This document shows, one piece after another, positions 36,001 through 49,000 of a stretch of 64,000 nucleotides of DNA. Below the pieces are notes generated by a model, which saw nothing but the letters and a program-made list of their open reading frames with translations, was not told the DNA's origin and did no database searches. The first letter of the stretch is position 1; every line of letters starts with the position of its first letter. Origin of the DNA: Lama guanicoe (taxonomy: Eukaryota); NCBI GenBank assembly GCA_013239625.1, contig MU054338.1, forward strand, positions 3,867,371 to 3,931,370. The letters run 5' to 3'. Position numbers and translations under genes: made by a program.

Positions 36001-37380
36001 CCTGAGTCTACTCAAGAACCAGCCCACAGGCCTGTGGCAGATCTCCTGGTCGTGGAAAGGCTGGGAGGCCAAGGCCTGGGAAGGACAACACAGGAAAAGT
36101 TCCCTACTGGGAGGACCTTCCAGAAGCTGCTGGAACCCCCTGTGGGGTCTGAAACAGCCGATTCAGAAGCAGTGAGCAAAGTGACACCAGCAAGTCTGCT
36201 CAACAGGAACTAGTGTAAGACAGCAGAGAGGCAGAACGCAAGGCCAGGTCATGTCCGCTTGCCTTTGGAGAAGCCGGCCCGACAGCTGACATCCTCCACA
36301 GCTGTGCCTGCACCTGCCCTGGCCGGGGAAAGCCAGAGCTTGACGCCCGGGCCTGGCTGCTTCCCGCTGCCTTCCCCCAAAGCAGGAAGGGGCCTGGTGT
36401 GGCTGCCCTGGCCCCACACAAGGCCAATGCCAGCTCTGCCCGCAGACACAGCAGCCTGGTGGACAGGGCCTCTTCCACGTCACACTCATCTGGGGGCCAC
36501 CCCTTGCCCAACCAAGGGAGCTGTTCTCCAGGGGTCAGTCTGGAACATGTCTGGACACACATGGGGTCAGGCTCTGCCTGTCCAGCTCCTTGGACCCTAG
36601 AAGCCTGCAGCCCAAAGCCCAGGGGCCACACTACAGGGACCCCATAAAGAGGCTCTGAAGAGCAGGCTTTCTGGATCTGCACGTCTGGGAGGAGCGAGGA
36701 CACAAGTAGGGTGTGGAAGGCCCATCTCCTCCGTGTCTTCCCACCCCAGAAGCCACCTCTGCGAGGATTAGGGCTTCAGGAAGTCACCTGGGGGACGCTG
36801 GGCCCAGCACCCATTCGGGACACTTTGATGAAAATATCCTTGGTTAACACTCACATGAGGAGACAGAAGAGAAAAAGACCAAAGACAACCCTTGAATGTA
36901 TTTTTTTGGTGTCAGGACAGCACGAACAAATCAGCACGCCCGGACTGCGTGCTGGGGGCGCGTTAAGGTTGGGGGCGGGCGGGGCAGGCAGTGTGCGCTC
37001 TTCTCCCCTCAGAAGCCACTGGAACCTCGGGAGGAGCAGCCCACTCTATGAAGTGTGCAAGTCCCTATCGTAAAGTACAAAACAGGGAGAAATGTCTAAC
37101 CCAGGATGGGGCAACCATAGGCGTGAGATGCTTCTGTTCTTTGTATAAGGATGAAACAATGAAAATGACAACTGTTCAGTTTATTAAGGATTGCCACTTT
37201 CCCCCAAAACGTGGCTCTCCAGGAAACAAGGTGCCAGGCCGGTCTGGGAGGAGGGAGGGTGCTGAGACACAGACACAGACAAACGGGCAGTGAGCAGGAA
37301 TGAATGGCACTGCCTCCCTGACAAGACCAGAAAACAGGGCCATGTCAGGGAGATTCCTCCCAGAAAATGCCAGGTACCAT

Positions 37381-37604
37381 CTGGTCTGCCTGGGGCCCAG
37401 TGACCCCCACCTGGACTGCCTGGGACTCGGTGACCCCACCTGGACTGCCTGGGACCGGGTGACCCCCTCCTGGTCTGCCTGGGACCCGGTGACTCCCACC
37501 TGGACTGCCTGGGACTCAGTGACCCCACCTGGTCTGCCTGGGACCCGGTGACCCCCATCTGGTCTGCCTGGGACCCGGTGACCCCCACGTGGGCTGCCTG
37601 GGTA
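37381..37604. repeat. Minisatellite, about 7.5 copies of a 29-30 bp unit CTGG(T/A)CTGCCTGGGACYCGGTGACCCCCAC
   Basis: Units start at 37381, 37411, 37440, 37470, 37500, 37529, 37559 and 37589 (partial). Confidence 0.95.
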
Positions 37605-40483
37605 GAAAGCTTGTGGGCTGCGTCTGCAGGGAACGAACGCCTGAGGAGAAAAGCTACCCAAGGGAGGGGCCTGCTAAGGTGACTTCGTCTTCATGGACTA
37701 CAGGCCAAGACAATGCTGTTTATTCTGTGACTGAGGGAACCAGGTCAGAAATCTGTACCAAAATGGGACACCGAATAATGGAAAATAGAGGCGGCCTCCC
37801 AAGATTCGAATGTTGGGCAGGCCGGGACGAGGGTCAAAGCCCATGCAGACGCCAGAGGGTGGGGGTAGGCTGCCCTGCAGGCACTCGTCCCAGACTTTCT
37901 AAGTTTCCTGGTGGGTCTCATAAACATGTGTTAGGCTTGACACCGCCTTGGCTCAGAGCTTCAGTCCAGCGGACTTCAGCCAGGCTCGGAGGTAAGCACT
38001 GAGAACACTCACTTTCTCTGGATCAAACAGAGAACTTAATCTGGATGTGGTTTGGTCTCCTTCAAGCTGCCTTCTGGGAGCCAGGAAGCCTGATATATAG
38101 AGACTTTTTCCTGGTACTGAGCCTTCAATGGCCAGAGTTCTGATGAGACCGAAAGATGATAAGGGCCCTTTATAAGCAACAACTTAGCAAGCCATCATTT
38201 ATTACAAAGAACTCGCAGCTTTAATTCCCTGGAGGGATAGCGGAATAGAGAACAGACGAGACTTGAGGGATGAGACCCGCTGGGGAAAGTGGGCGTGTCC
38301 TGAACTCCAGTGTGGTACAGAGCCGGCTCCCAACCTGCTCTGATGCAGAAGTATCTAGCCCGAGTTAGCCACAGAAACACATCAACCCCCGAAGAAGCTG
38401 GGATCCGGGTCCATCTGCCCTGGTTAATGCCCTGACTGACCTAAAAAACAAAGATGACTTTGCCTTGAGCAGGCCCAATCAGTGGAGAAGCCAAATGACG
38501 GGAGCCACTAGCAACCAGACAAGGTTTCCTCTGAGAGTGTGAGTTGACTCAGAGTTGTCACCAGAGGATGACGATGGCGGGGCTGGACTCGACGGAACTG
38601 GGGATTCCTACAGCTACGGATGTTACAACTAACCAGCTCATGTGTGTACATCACACACACATGGCCTTGGCCCCTAGGCTCGTACTTCAGAAATTGCTCC
38701 CCAGTCCTGTATCTCTCCCACAGTGACTTAAGAACCCATCTCCAGTTCCCTGCCGTCACACTGGACCTTGCATTTGTCAGGCTGGGCACTGCTTGAATTT
38801 CTTGGAATTACAGCTACTGACTCAAAGTCCACAAGAATGGAGAAGCCGAGTTCCACAGGCCAGGCCTCAGAAATCAACGTCTGGCCTGGCCACAGGCAGA
38901 AGGTGGGCCCCCACGGTGCTTCCTGCACAGGCCTCTTTCAGGGTGGGGCCCAACTGCTCTCACCAAGTGGGCATCAGACAGAAGAGGGGCCCACGACGGC
39001 CTACGTGCCTCTCTGGAAGAGCAGCTGCATGACACAACCTCCACTTGTTTGCTGCTCTCAACAGAAAACCCCCACCCTCTTCAGTTGGAGATGCCCTGGA
39101 AGCTGTGTTTTTAAACCCGGGCAGCAGCAGAAGGCCCGGAGCCTCTCGGGCAGATCCACACGAAGATCATGGAACCGAGAACACGACTTTCTGCGCCTGT
39201 GAAGGCCAAAGGTACAATAACTCATAACACCTGATTCAGGAGAAGGTTCCAGGGGCTGCTCTGCCCTCAACCCAAAAAACAATCGCCTCTTAACCCCTGC
39301 TGTCAGCCCTCGTGTGAGGGCTGCACTCCCAACACTCTGGTGTAAGCACCTCCTGGCCCGAATCTTCACTGGGCTTCTGAAGACACTTCACTGCCCCGAA
39401 CCCACTTCTATGCAACAAAGGACGGCCCCCTCCCCACCCCAAGCACACAGTAAAGACTGTTTCTTCTTTTTCCACCACAGACTGATTTCTCCAAAATATT
39501 AAAACACGACTCCAACCTCACCTTGACCGAGCATCATTCCTTCCCGCATATTCTAGGGTTTGGTGGCTCTACGTGAATTTTAGTGGTCTCCTTGAGGACA
39601 CAGGAGACTGGGGATGTGACACAAGGAATCATGAAAGGCCTGGGGTAAGGCCTGGGACTGTGACACCCTGGAAGGCTGCCCAGGGTTCAGTGTGGCAGAG
39701 CGGGGTCCTCTGTTTTCTTGTAAAAGAGTAATTTGTCCCTGTTGTGAGAATGGGGGACTCTGTCACTAGGTACCGAGAGGACGAAGGTTTCGATCCTGAG
39801 TGTAGGATAATGTTTACCTTTCCCAATTTATCAAACTCCAAAAACTCAAGACACTTCTTGTTCTCGAGAGTTCCCAATCTTCTCCACCTATAATCTTCAA
39901 AAGCCTTCTTAAGACAAAGATAAAGGGTTCAAGGGATTCCCTCTGGATTCAAAGGAAGTCTTTTCTTCTTCCTGCTTTGATTGAAGACAAGCAGTTCACA
40001 GCCTAACCACAGTCCAAACACAAATGGTCTTGCAAAGCAATCTGTGCCAGACACCTCCCCTTCCTACAGATCAAGGAAGCTGGAGCTATTTGTACTTCTA
40101 AGACACTGAACTTGAATGCCCAAATTCAGGGAGAGGAGAAAGAAAAACGGAAGGAGGGAGAAGGGGCAGAATTTGACCTGGACACCTCTAACCTGCTACT
40201 CAATTCCTCTTTTGACCCCTCATATCTCTTTCAGGAAACAGGATTAGCATCTTGCTATGGGTATGTATTCCCACAACGAGAAAAGTCTCAATGTGAAAGG
40301 GGACTTGCTCTTTCCCGACTTTCTAGCAGCAGGAATTAAGGGAGCTGAAGAGATCCATGTCGTCTTCTCAGTTATCATCAGCTGCTTACGATCTGGGGTC
40401 TGGATCTGAGGGACGCGAAGGGAAAGGCGCTGGTCTGGGTTGGGAGCCCCGGGCCGTGGGATGCCGGGAGGAGGCGGACTTAC

Positions 40484-40672
40484 CCCTGCCAGTTCTCGTG
40501 GAAAAGGAAGCAGCTGGGCTTCAGGAGTGCTGGCGGAGGCGCTAGCGGGGGCAGGAAGCTCTAGGGCATGCTCACCAGCTGACTCGGGGTGACCCGTGCC
40601 ATGGTGGGGGGCCTCAGCCTCCCCCCGAGGCTCCTCTCCCGAATCCGACAAGTCTTTTTGCTCTGCAGAGGA
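40484..40672 (-). CDS. RANBP3: RANBP3 exon 3 (skippable, phase 0-0), SSAEQKDLSDSGEEPRGE...PFPRELAG
   Basis: ctcccag| ... |gtaagt; 189 nt. Confidence 0.92.
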
Positions 40673-43600
40673 CTGGGAGCAAAAAAGACAATTTTCCTTC
40701 AATGTAAGTACAGCCTGCAACGTGGGGCGGGGGAGGGGGCAGGGATCAAAGGTCTGGAGACGCTCAACTGTCAGCAGCTCCTGTCGGGGAAGACAGGCCA
40801 AGAAAGCCTGCATGTGCCATAGACTTGTGTGCAACCAAAGCAGCCCCCTGGACGGACTGACGGGGAATGGACGTGGACCTGCTGCTGTTGGACTCTGCAT
40901 GGAGCTCTGAGGTGTGCAAGAAGTCTGGACCCTCGTTTTCAAAACTGGAAGGTGGCCTCTGGGGCATGGAGATACTCTGCTGATGGGCAGTGAGTGAGGA
41001 AAAACACTCCTGGTGATCAAATTGGGGGCGGTGCCTCTATCAAAGGGGGGACAGGGGCCATTATGTCAAACTGTTCCCTGGGGTCAATCACCCATCTCCT
41101 CAAAAACACGCAGGAGGGGAGGTGGTCTGCCCACTGGGACGCCATGCGGCTACAGAGCGGGGCACCTAGGGCCAAGGGCTTGTGCATCTCGCTACAGTTC
41201 CTCCAGCACCCTTCCACTTTGTTCTGCTTAAACCCGAGATGAAGGAAACACTTTCTGGCTTCAGTGAGTGCAGATGTGGGGAGACCAAATGAGCTAGCAA
41301 ATTCAGCTAAAGGAGGGAGCCCCTTGGCCTAGGATTCTCCCAGGCCCACTCCAAACATCTTGGGTAAGGGCTTATTTAGATAAGAGCTAGGGCGAGAGAA
41401 AGCTGGTCCCGGAAGTCTTCGTCCTTGAAAGGACAGCACCCCTGGCATCCTTCTTGGGATTCTGGAGGGACTTCTATGGGCGGAGGGCTCTGTGGCCAGG
41501 GCTCTTCTTAAGAAGTGGGTTATGAAGCTGGTGTCCTGGAACAAACAGGTGGGCTCCGGTCCCCAGACCTCCCACTTGGCATCGTCCAAAGCCTGTTTCT
41601 ATCACTTTGTGAACCAATGACCACAGGGCCACCCTGTCTCCCTGCAGATGTGGCTGTGTTCCTCCTGACTGTGAAGTGACTGAAACGTCGTTAGATAGGG
41701 CTTGGGGACTATTTTAAAATGTGTGAGCCTATTGGATAAAAGGAACTATATAAAGAGGATTTATGAGAACTTTCATTCTTAGAAAAGGAAAAGTAACACA
41801 ACGTTAGCTCATCCATACATCTTAAAGTCACCCATATCGACACGCCCTACGCAGGGGAGACCTGCGGACACAAAGAACTCCTCCCTAAGCTGGTCCTCAA
41901 GCCTGCCCCAGGGCACCGAGGCGGCCCACGCACCCGTCTGCTGCTGCCTTACGGCTAGAGATTTAACACCTGACGAGAGAAAAGTTAGACCCAGAGCTCT
42001 GTGGGAAACTGCCAACCTCTAATCAGAACCACTTGGGATTTTTTTTTAAATCCCTGCTTTTAGAACATAAATGTTCCTATGCCCTGTGCACGGCAGACTT
42101 GTAACGAAGCCTACGTCAGAGGACCGAAGAGAAACGCATGTGCTGCTCTAGCACCCCACTGGGTCTGAGCATCTCGGCAAAGCAATGGGCCCTAGAGAAC
42201 CAAGACGGAGCCTGCAGTTTTTCAGCACGTGTGTCACAGTCAGACACCAGGATTTTGGTAGCCTTTGACATCATCCTGAAAGGTATGTGGCTGATAAAAA
42301 ACACGCACAGAGGAGATGCCCGTTACAGCAGCAGTGCGCTTCCGGCGCTCCCAGCGACTGCTGCTGGGGCGCTGCCTGCCTCGTGACTACAGGGCGTGAC
42401 CCTGCCGGGCGGCCTCGAAGCCGTCCACCCTCAGAGAAACAAATGTCTGGAAGCCAAAGGAAAGGAAAGAAACGTTTAGTCATCACAAACACTGAAACAA
42501 CCTCCAGAAGGAGATTCAAATTCTCTTCATGTTGAACAGGAAAAAAACTGTCTCCATTCAAGGCAGTTAAGAAAAGAAGGTTTCACTTTTGGCCCTCGAA
42601 CACAAATGCAGGGAAGCTCAAGCATTCTGCGGACAGTGCCATCTTGAGGCGGCAGGGGAACCCGGGTGGATGTGGAGACAGTGCCCGTGCTGTCAGGCTG
42701 GCTCTGGGTTTGGGATTCGGGCATTAGGACTTGAGCTCCAGGTGCTGACTGCTCTCTCCAACAGGGAACAGGAGGGGGATGTGACACCTCGTCCTGAGAC
42801 TAAGTGATGCCACGGCAGGCCACCGCCACCAAGCTGCGGTTTGCTGCCAACGCAACTCGAACCGTCTGTGGGACTGACAAAAACTCCTGTGTGGCCACAC
42901 TGCCCAACCAAACCCCAGGTGCCTGGGCTGGCGGCCTGATTTTTTCTTTTCCACTTCAAATCTTTTCTCTCAATCACAAATCGGTAATAACAGCCGGGCC
43001 TGTGGAGTGTGCATCTTCGGAGGGGACGTGGGCTCTTTGAGTGCATCTCACTGGGCGGCTGAGAGGCCATTTACTGAAAGACGTTAATGGTCCCGCAGTT
43101 GACACTGGGACTTCTGGATCTTTGTGGATCATGAGTGGCTCAAAAAATAGCCGTATGGGAGATTCTGGTGACAATTAGGATAATTTCAACGTGGACTGTG
43201 TGTTGGAGGGTATTTCTGAGTTCAGGATCATTTCCTCAGGATTGACAATGGCACTAGGGCCATGGAGAGGAATGGCCCTACTCCTGGGAGATGCCTGCAG
43301 AAGTACTTGGGGGAGAACCGTCAGGTGGGCACACCTTACGGTCGGGCGTTCATGATAAAAACGCTAACCCTGAAGCCAAGTGAAGGACACCCAAGTGTCC
43401 GTGGAACCGTAATTTTAATTTTCCCAAGGACCTGAAAAAAATTCCAAAATAAAAAGTTGGACAAGGAAGAAAAGCTCACTCAGAAAAAGACAACAGCAAC
43501 CTGAACAGATCCTCCCAACTCCTGCCTCCGTGGTGCGAGAAGGGAGGGCTGAAATCGCGCAGGCGAGAGGAAGAAAAAGCGAGGGTCTCAGGTTCGCATT

Positions 43601-44187
43601 TTTGTCAGAAGCGTGGTGGCTGCTCCCTGCAGGTGTGCCTTCCCGTCGCCTCCCCCAGCTCGGGAGACACGAGGCATGGGGCTCGAGTCTGAGCTGCAGA
43701 GAGAGGAGTGGGGCTCCGGTCCACGCGGCCACCCCCAGCCGATGGCTCAGACTCCTCTGGCTCCCGACCTTAAACACAGAGGTTTTCGGCGTCCTTCCGG
43801 TGACCATGTCACACGAGCATGACAGGAGCGGAGGGCTGAGTGTGAGGACCCGGAGGCCAGTTATTTTTAGAAGCCCATCTAGAGCTGGCGCCGAGTCAAC
43901 AGTTTGATTTGCACGTTGTGACGATGACCAGCGCCCTCCTCCCTCCGGGCCAGCCTCGCCCAGTGTACGCAATTTGCACTCACCTCCTGAAGGTGAAATA
44001 CCTAAGTCAGCGCTGGATCACAAAGCAACAGAACCACCTCAATGGAGAAAACAGTACTGAAATGACAGTTAGCAACTTAAAAAGGTTTTAAATTCAGCCA
44101 AACGTCACATTTTAGTGTTTCACCCTGTTGGCTGTCCGAAAGTCTTCAGGTTTTAAGAATTATTCATTCCTATCACTTGTTTCAAAT

Positions 44188-44398
44188 ATGAGTCGACTAA
44201 CCTTTTCTGTAAAGGGCCAGATACGAAATACTTTCGACTTTGCAGGCTACACGGTTGGTCCAAACCACTTTGCCTGCTGTGTCCAGTGTGACAGCAGCCT
44301 CAGCTCATGGGCAGGGGTGGGTGCGGCTGTGCGCCAAAAAACTTCATGTACAAAAACAGGCAGTGGTGGCAGGCCTCAGTCTGCTGACTGACTCCTGT
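44188..44398. mobile_element. MER58-like hAT relic; another copy near 33980-34157
   Basis: ttttctgtaaagggccagata ... aaaacttcatgtacaaaaacaggc. Confidence 0.6.
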
Positions 44399-45990
44399 TT
44401 TAAACTACAAGTGGTTCAAAAGATAATCATCATAACATTCAAAATTCGAGTAAATCCTGATTTTACAGAAAATGTCAGAGAAGTGACTTTTGTATGTGAA
44501 GCAGAAACCAAACACATCCATTTCTAAAACCCAGAAGAAACGCAGCAGCCCCTTCACAGAGACTGAACTTCAAGAGGACAAACGACAAAACCACACGCCG
44601 TCACGCTGCACGTGCTGGTCAGGGCCCGGGGCAGAGGAGACAGCAGGGGCTGGTGTATCTTGAAAACAGCACCTAGAAAACTGCAGCAAAATGGGAAGAA
44701 CACTTCCTTGGGTTTTGTGATGCCTTCTTTAGTAAAAGAATCAACAACGGCACAGACCGATGTGAGAACGAGCCTAGCAGATAAGCCCAGCTAACACCAA
44801 AGGTAACTTGCGCAGGGGCACGGGTGGGGCTTTAGGGCAGCTGCGTCCCCCACCCTGCCCCGCACGGACACACACACACGCCCTTCCTGGCACAGCACCT
44901 GAACACAGCCCGGGAAAGCAGGGCCGCTCAGAAGAGAAGTCTGGCCTCTCAGACCGACAGACAGGGTTTACAAGCAGTAGCTGGGTGGCCAAGAGTCCCA
45001 AATCACCAGGCCAGCGGCCCCAGACTCAGAGCCAGCCACCCTGCCAGGGGACTGGAGATGGACTGGAGCATCTCGTCCGTGGGTCACAAGCCCCGAGCCG
45101 ACAAGATCCTCAAATGCTGTCCTCTCTAAGATACAGACGGGTTTTAGGACACCCCGCGTCAGCGCAGTCCTCTAGTCACCCTCAAGTCTTGCTAGGGGGA
45201 TGAAATGACACCTGCTGTCCTTGGGCATGAGGGGAGGGACCTCCCATGTTTTGGACAGATGGGGTAGTCCTCCTATAAGCTTGGGAGGCATCACCACAGA
45301 ACATCAACCACTCTGGACACAACCCTGAGCTTCCACACTGCTTGTCAGGGAGGGACAGAACCCCAAGGACTGCACGAAGCTGGAAGGCACTGCCGCGCCC
45401 ACCAGGCCCCCGACAGGCTGCTGGCTCATCACTGAGACCGAGGAAAGGTTATTTTCAACACGGGCACAATCCAGACGGTTAGAACCCAAGAGGGGGAAGC
45501 AACCATCAAAGACGGGTGCTGAGTATATAAAGCAAGCCGACTAGTGATTATTCTAAATGCGTTTACGCCAAGTTGGTTGGGGCCAAAAAAAAATTCCCCC
45601 CAAATCTTTAAAGATCTTACATTCCCCCTTCACCTCCACACTCTCTCCTCTCCTTTCCTTCCGTCTTCCCTCCCTCCCTGCCCTCTTCTCCTCCCTCCTA
45701 TCTCTCCTCTCCTGCTGGTTTACCTGAAGTATTTCTAGAACAAATCATCAGGAATCAGAAAGACACTTTCTACCACTGTTTTTTCAAGCAGGGTTTCTGA
45801 GCCTAGTCCACACACACCCCGTCTCAACCTCCTGCTATGGGCACCTGAAGGCTCTGGGCCTTTCCCCTCCAAGCTCAGTGTGCAGGCTGAGAAGGCAGAG
45901 GCATCCTCGGCCGTGCGACCTGGGGAGAGAGGGCTCTGGGGGAGAACAAGTCAGAGTAACCCCGTGAAGAGAGAACATAGCGCCCCTTAC

Positions 45991-46046
45991 CTTTTGTCCT
46001 TTATCCTTCTGAAACACAAAGACGGGCGGAGCAATGGCAGGCTTTT
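45991..46046 (-). CDS. RANBP3: RANBP3 exon 2, EKPAIAPPVFVFQKDKGQK
   Basis: ttttgcag| ... AAG|gtaagg; 56 nt; the start-codon exon is outside the window. Confidence 0.95.
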
Positions 46047-49000
46047 CTGCAAAAAGAAAAATTGGTGTTTTTCCCCCCAACACTATATTCGTATAGTAAA
46101 CACAGCTACATTTGTTTGTAGTAAGTTAAAAGTAAAAAACAAACCCAATATAAAACCTGTAACTCAAACGAACATCAGATTGCTTAGAAAACAGTCTCTT
46201 GACATGGATGCGTGTAAGTGTGCGGCTTGTGAAAGTTCGACGCGATGGGAGGAAACGTGCACTTTTCCGTGTGTGTATGTACATGTACAGATAAGAAGGC
46301 TTCAAGACTCACTCAGGACAGGCCGCAGCACTGACGGAGGGAGCGCGGCAAGCTGCAGGGTGCCCAGGCGGCCGCTGCTCAGTGCTGCCAACTGTGGCAC
46401 TGCAGGAACCAGGCACAGACGACACGTCTTTACATGGCAGCTCCCCAATTTCAAATGCTGGAGACTGGTTTAGGTTTTTAATTTTTACGTTTTCCAAATC
46501 TGCAGGTCAGCTGGGGCCAGGGGGCAGCCAGTCTGCAACCTCTGCCCACATGGTACCTGCTCCTTGGAGAGCTTACTCCCCTCAAGTCAGCCCAGCATCC
46601 CACCTGGATCTCCAAGCCAGCGTCCATTTAAAAAGAAATGTATGGAGCTGTGCAAAGTCTGAGAGCCCATCTTGCACAGCTGCTGCTGAAAGAAGAAACG
46701 CTGTGGGAGGCTGTCACACGGCTGGACCAGGGGATGTGCCCATCCTTCACAGGCAGCACCGTCTGTCTCTCGTCCAGGGGGAGCTGAATCCACAGCCCTT
46801 TGCCGCTGGCCCCTGAGTGGGCGGCAGCTCCAAAGTCAGCTGCCACCCAGGGAGTTCTGGATGAGGACCACCTTACCTCGCGGGGAGGCTCGGGTGCCGC
46901 CTGCCTCACTGCCTTGGGCCTGGGTGCATGAGCCCTGCAGGGTGCACCTGGGGCCTCCCTCAGCAGCAGAGCCTGGTGGGCAGAAGGTGGATAGGAAGCC
47001 AGGGAGTCCTGAATCTGGGGGGCACCTGCACAGCCCTGCCCTTCCATCAGTCGGGGAAGCTGAGGTCCAGCAGGAACCTACACTCAAACAGCTTTAACAG
47101 AGCAGGACTGCCACCCGGAAGGGGACACGGTTCGCCGGCCATGAGAACACTCAGGTGGGGATGCGGTCAGAATGTCTGGTCTAGAGCATCATGGAGACAC
47201 CCGAGAAGAGGTGACTGTGCTGAAGTCTCAAGGGGAAGAGCCTGGAAGGGAGACGGGCAGGCTCGCACAGTGATGGGGTCTGAGGGGCGGAGGATGGCAA
47301 TGCTAAGGATCTGGGACAGTTGTAAAAGGAGAGGGGGAAGCACAGAGAACAGTCTGGGGAAAGGGGCAACGTGGGGAGTTCAGTCAGGAGGCAATAAAGA
47401 ATAAAGAAGATGGGCAGGGATGAAGCTTGAGAAGTAGAAGGGCAAGACCGAGATGGTCAAACGGACCCCATCCCACTCCCCAGCCTGCAGAACCCCCACT
47501 CCATGGGGGGAGTGTACGACAGACGCCTGTCTTGACTCTGTGGCCACAACCCACTGACGGTGACCATTCCCTCCACTGTGCTCCCTGGGTCTGGTTCACC
47601 ATGACAGTCCTCACACGCAGCGCCCACGGCGAACACTGGGGTGAGTGATATCTGAGACTGAAGTGCTACATGGGAGGAGGGTCTCCTGTGCTTCCCCAAA
47701 CAGCCACCCCCAGCACAGACGTGCAGCCACTGCTCCACAACCCCGTAGGAGGGGGTGAATGGGTCAAGTGCTGCAGGGACCCTGGGGACAGCAGCGGCTT
47801 ATACACACCATGGCTACCATGGGGCATCCCAGACACCCGGCCCTGCCCTTCACCCCACACGCCCAACACCCAAGGCAGGCGGTCCAGGCGGTCCAGGCGG
47901 TTGCAAGGCACGGAGGTGCACAGGAGCTGGCATATGGCCAGCCCAGTATCCCCCCAGCTCCCCATTCTTTTTAGGGAACCAGCCCTCCCCCAACTCTGTG
48001 ATTTAGATGGACCCCAACCCCAGGGCCTGGAGAGATACATGAGTAAGGCCAGGCTGCTGGCTGAGGTTTGGGTCCAGGACTTTCTCTGGAGCCACTGGGG
48101 AATGGGTGCTCTGACCCTCTCTGCTGGGGGTGCTGAGCTGGTGGAGGATATGCCTGGGGCTGCCAGCAGCTGGGTGTCATCACTAGGGGCTTTGGAAGCA
48201 GAGCTGGGGATGGAGGAGGAAATCGGAGACTCTGCTGGAGGCAGTGGGTAGAGCAGTTAACCCCACCCTCACCCGGACTTTTCAGTGAGGCCAACCGATG
48301 CTGCCTTCTACCTCAGTCAGCCTGAGCCTGATGTGTGCCCCCTTCTCTAGCAGCCTCCGGCCTGAGAGGCGAGGCCTGGCTGCTGCAGATGTCACTGGAC
48401 ACGTGGTGCAGACAGTAGGAGACGCCCTGCCTGGCCTGGCAGTGAGGGGCAGATGCTTCCTTCTCTCACAGCAGGAGCCCACCACCTGACAGACGGCGCG
48501 CTCGAGGGGTCTGCGGTCTAGCTCCCCTACTCAGGTACCAACTCCACGGGACGGGAGACTCTCCCGGGGTCCCCCTGTGTCCCATGGTATCTGGCACCCT
48601 GCAGGGATTCCACAAGCATTTGATGGGGGGGTGCGTAAGGGAGGGGGCACTGGAGAAAGCGACTGCCAGGCTATCAGGAGGGACGAGAATGGAGACAGAA
48701 GCACCGGGTGCAGAGAAAGAGCCCTCACCCTCTGTGCTGAGCTGTGAGGGCTGCCTGCCGTGCACAGGTCCTGCCCAGTGCCTTGCGAACGGCGTGGCAG
48801 GTCCAGGAACAGGCTGGCAGAGGTCCCACCTGCTGGCGGAACGATCCTGCACTGCAGCTGGGCATGCAGCACAGCCGGGGCAGAGGGAAGTGATGGAGGA
48901 AACACGGGGCTACTGAGCTCTGAGAGCAGATCACCTCATTAACTCCGGGCTCCTGTCTCTCAGCTGACCCCTGCCAGCACTGCCACAGCTGAGACCTCCC

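Noticed and set aside
37176-37661. Repetitive ORFs and a CRISPR-like appearance
   Set aside because: Head-to-tail minisatellite with no unique spacers, in a mammalian intron
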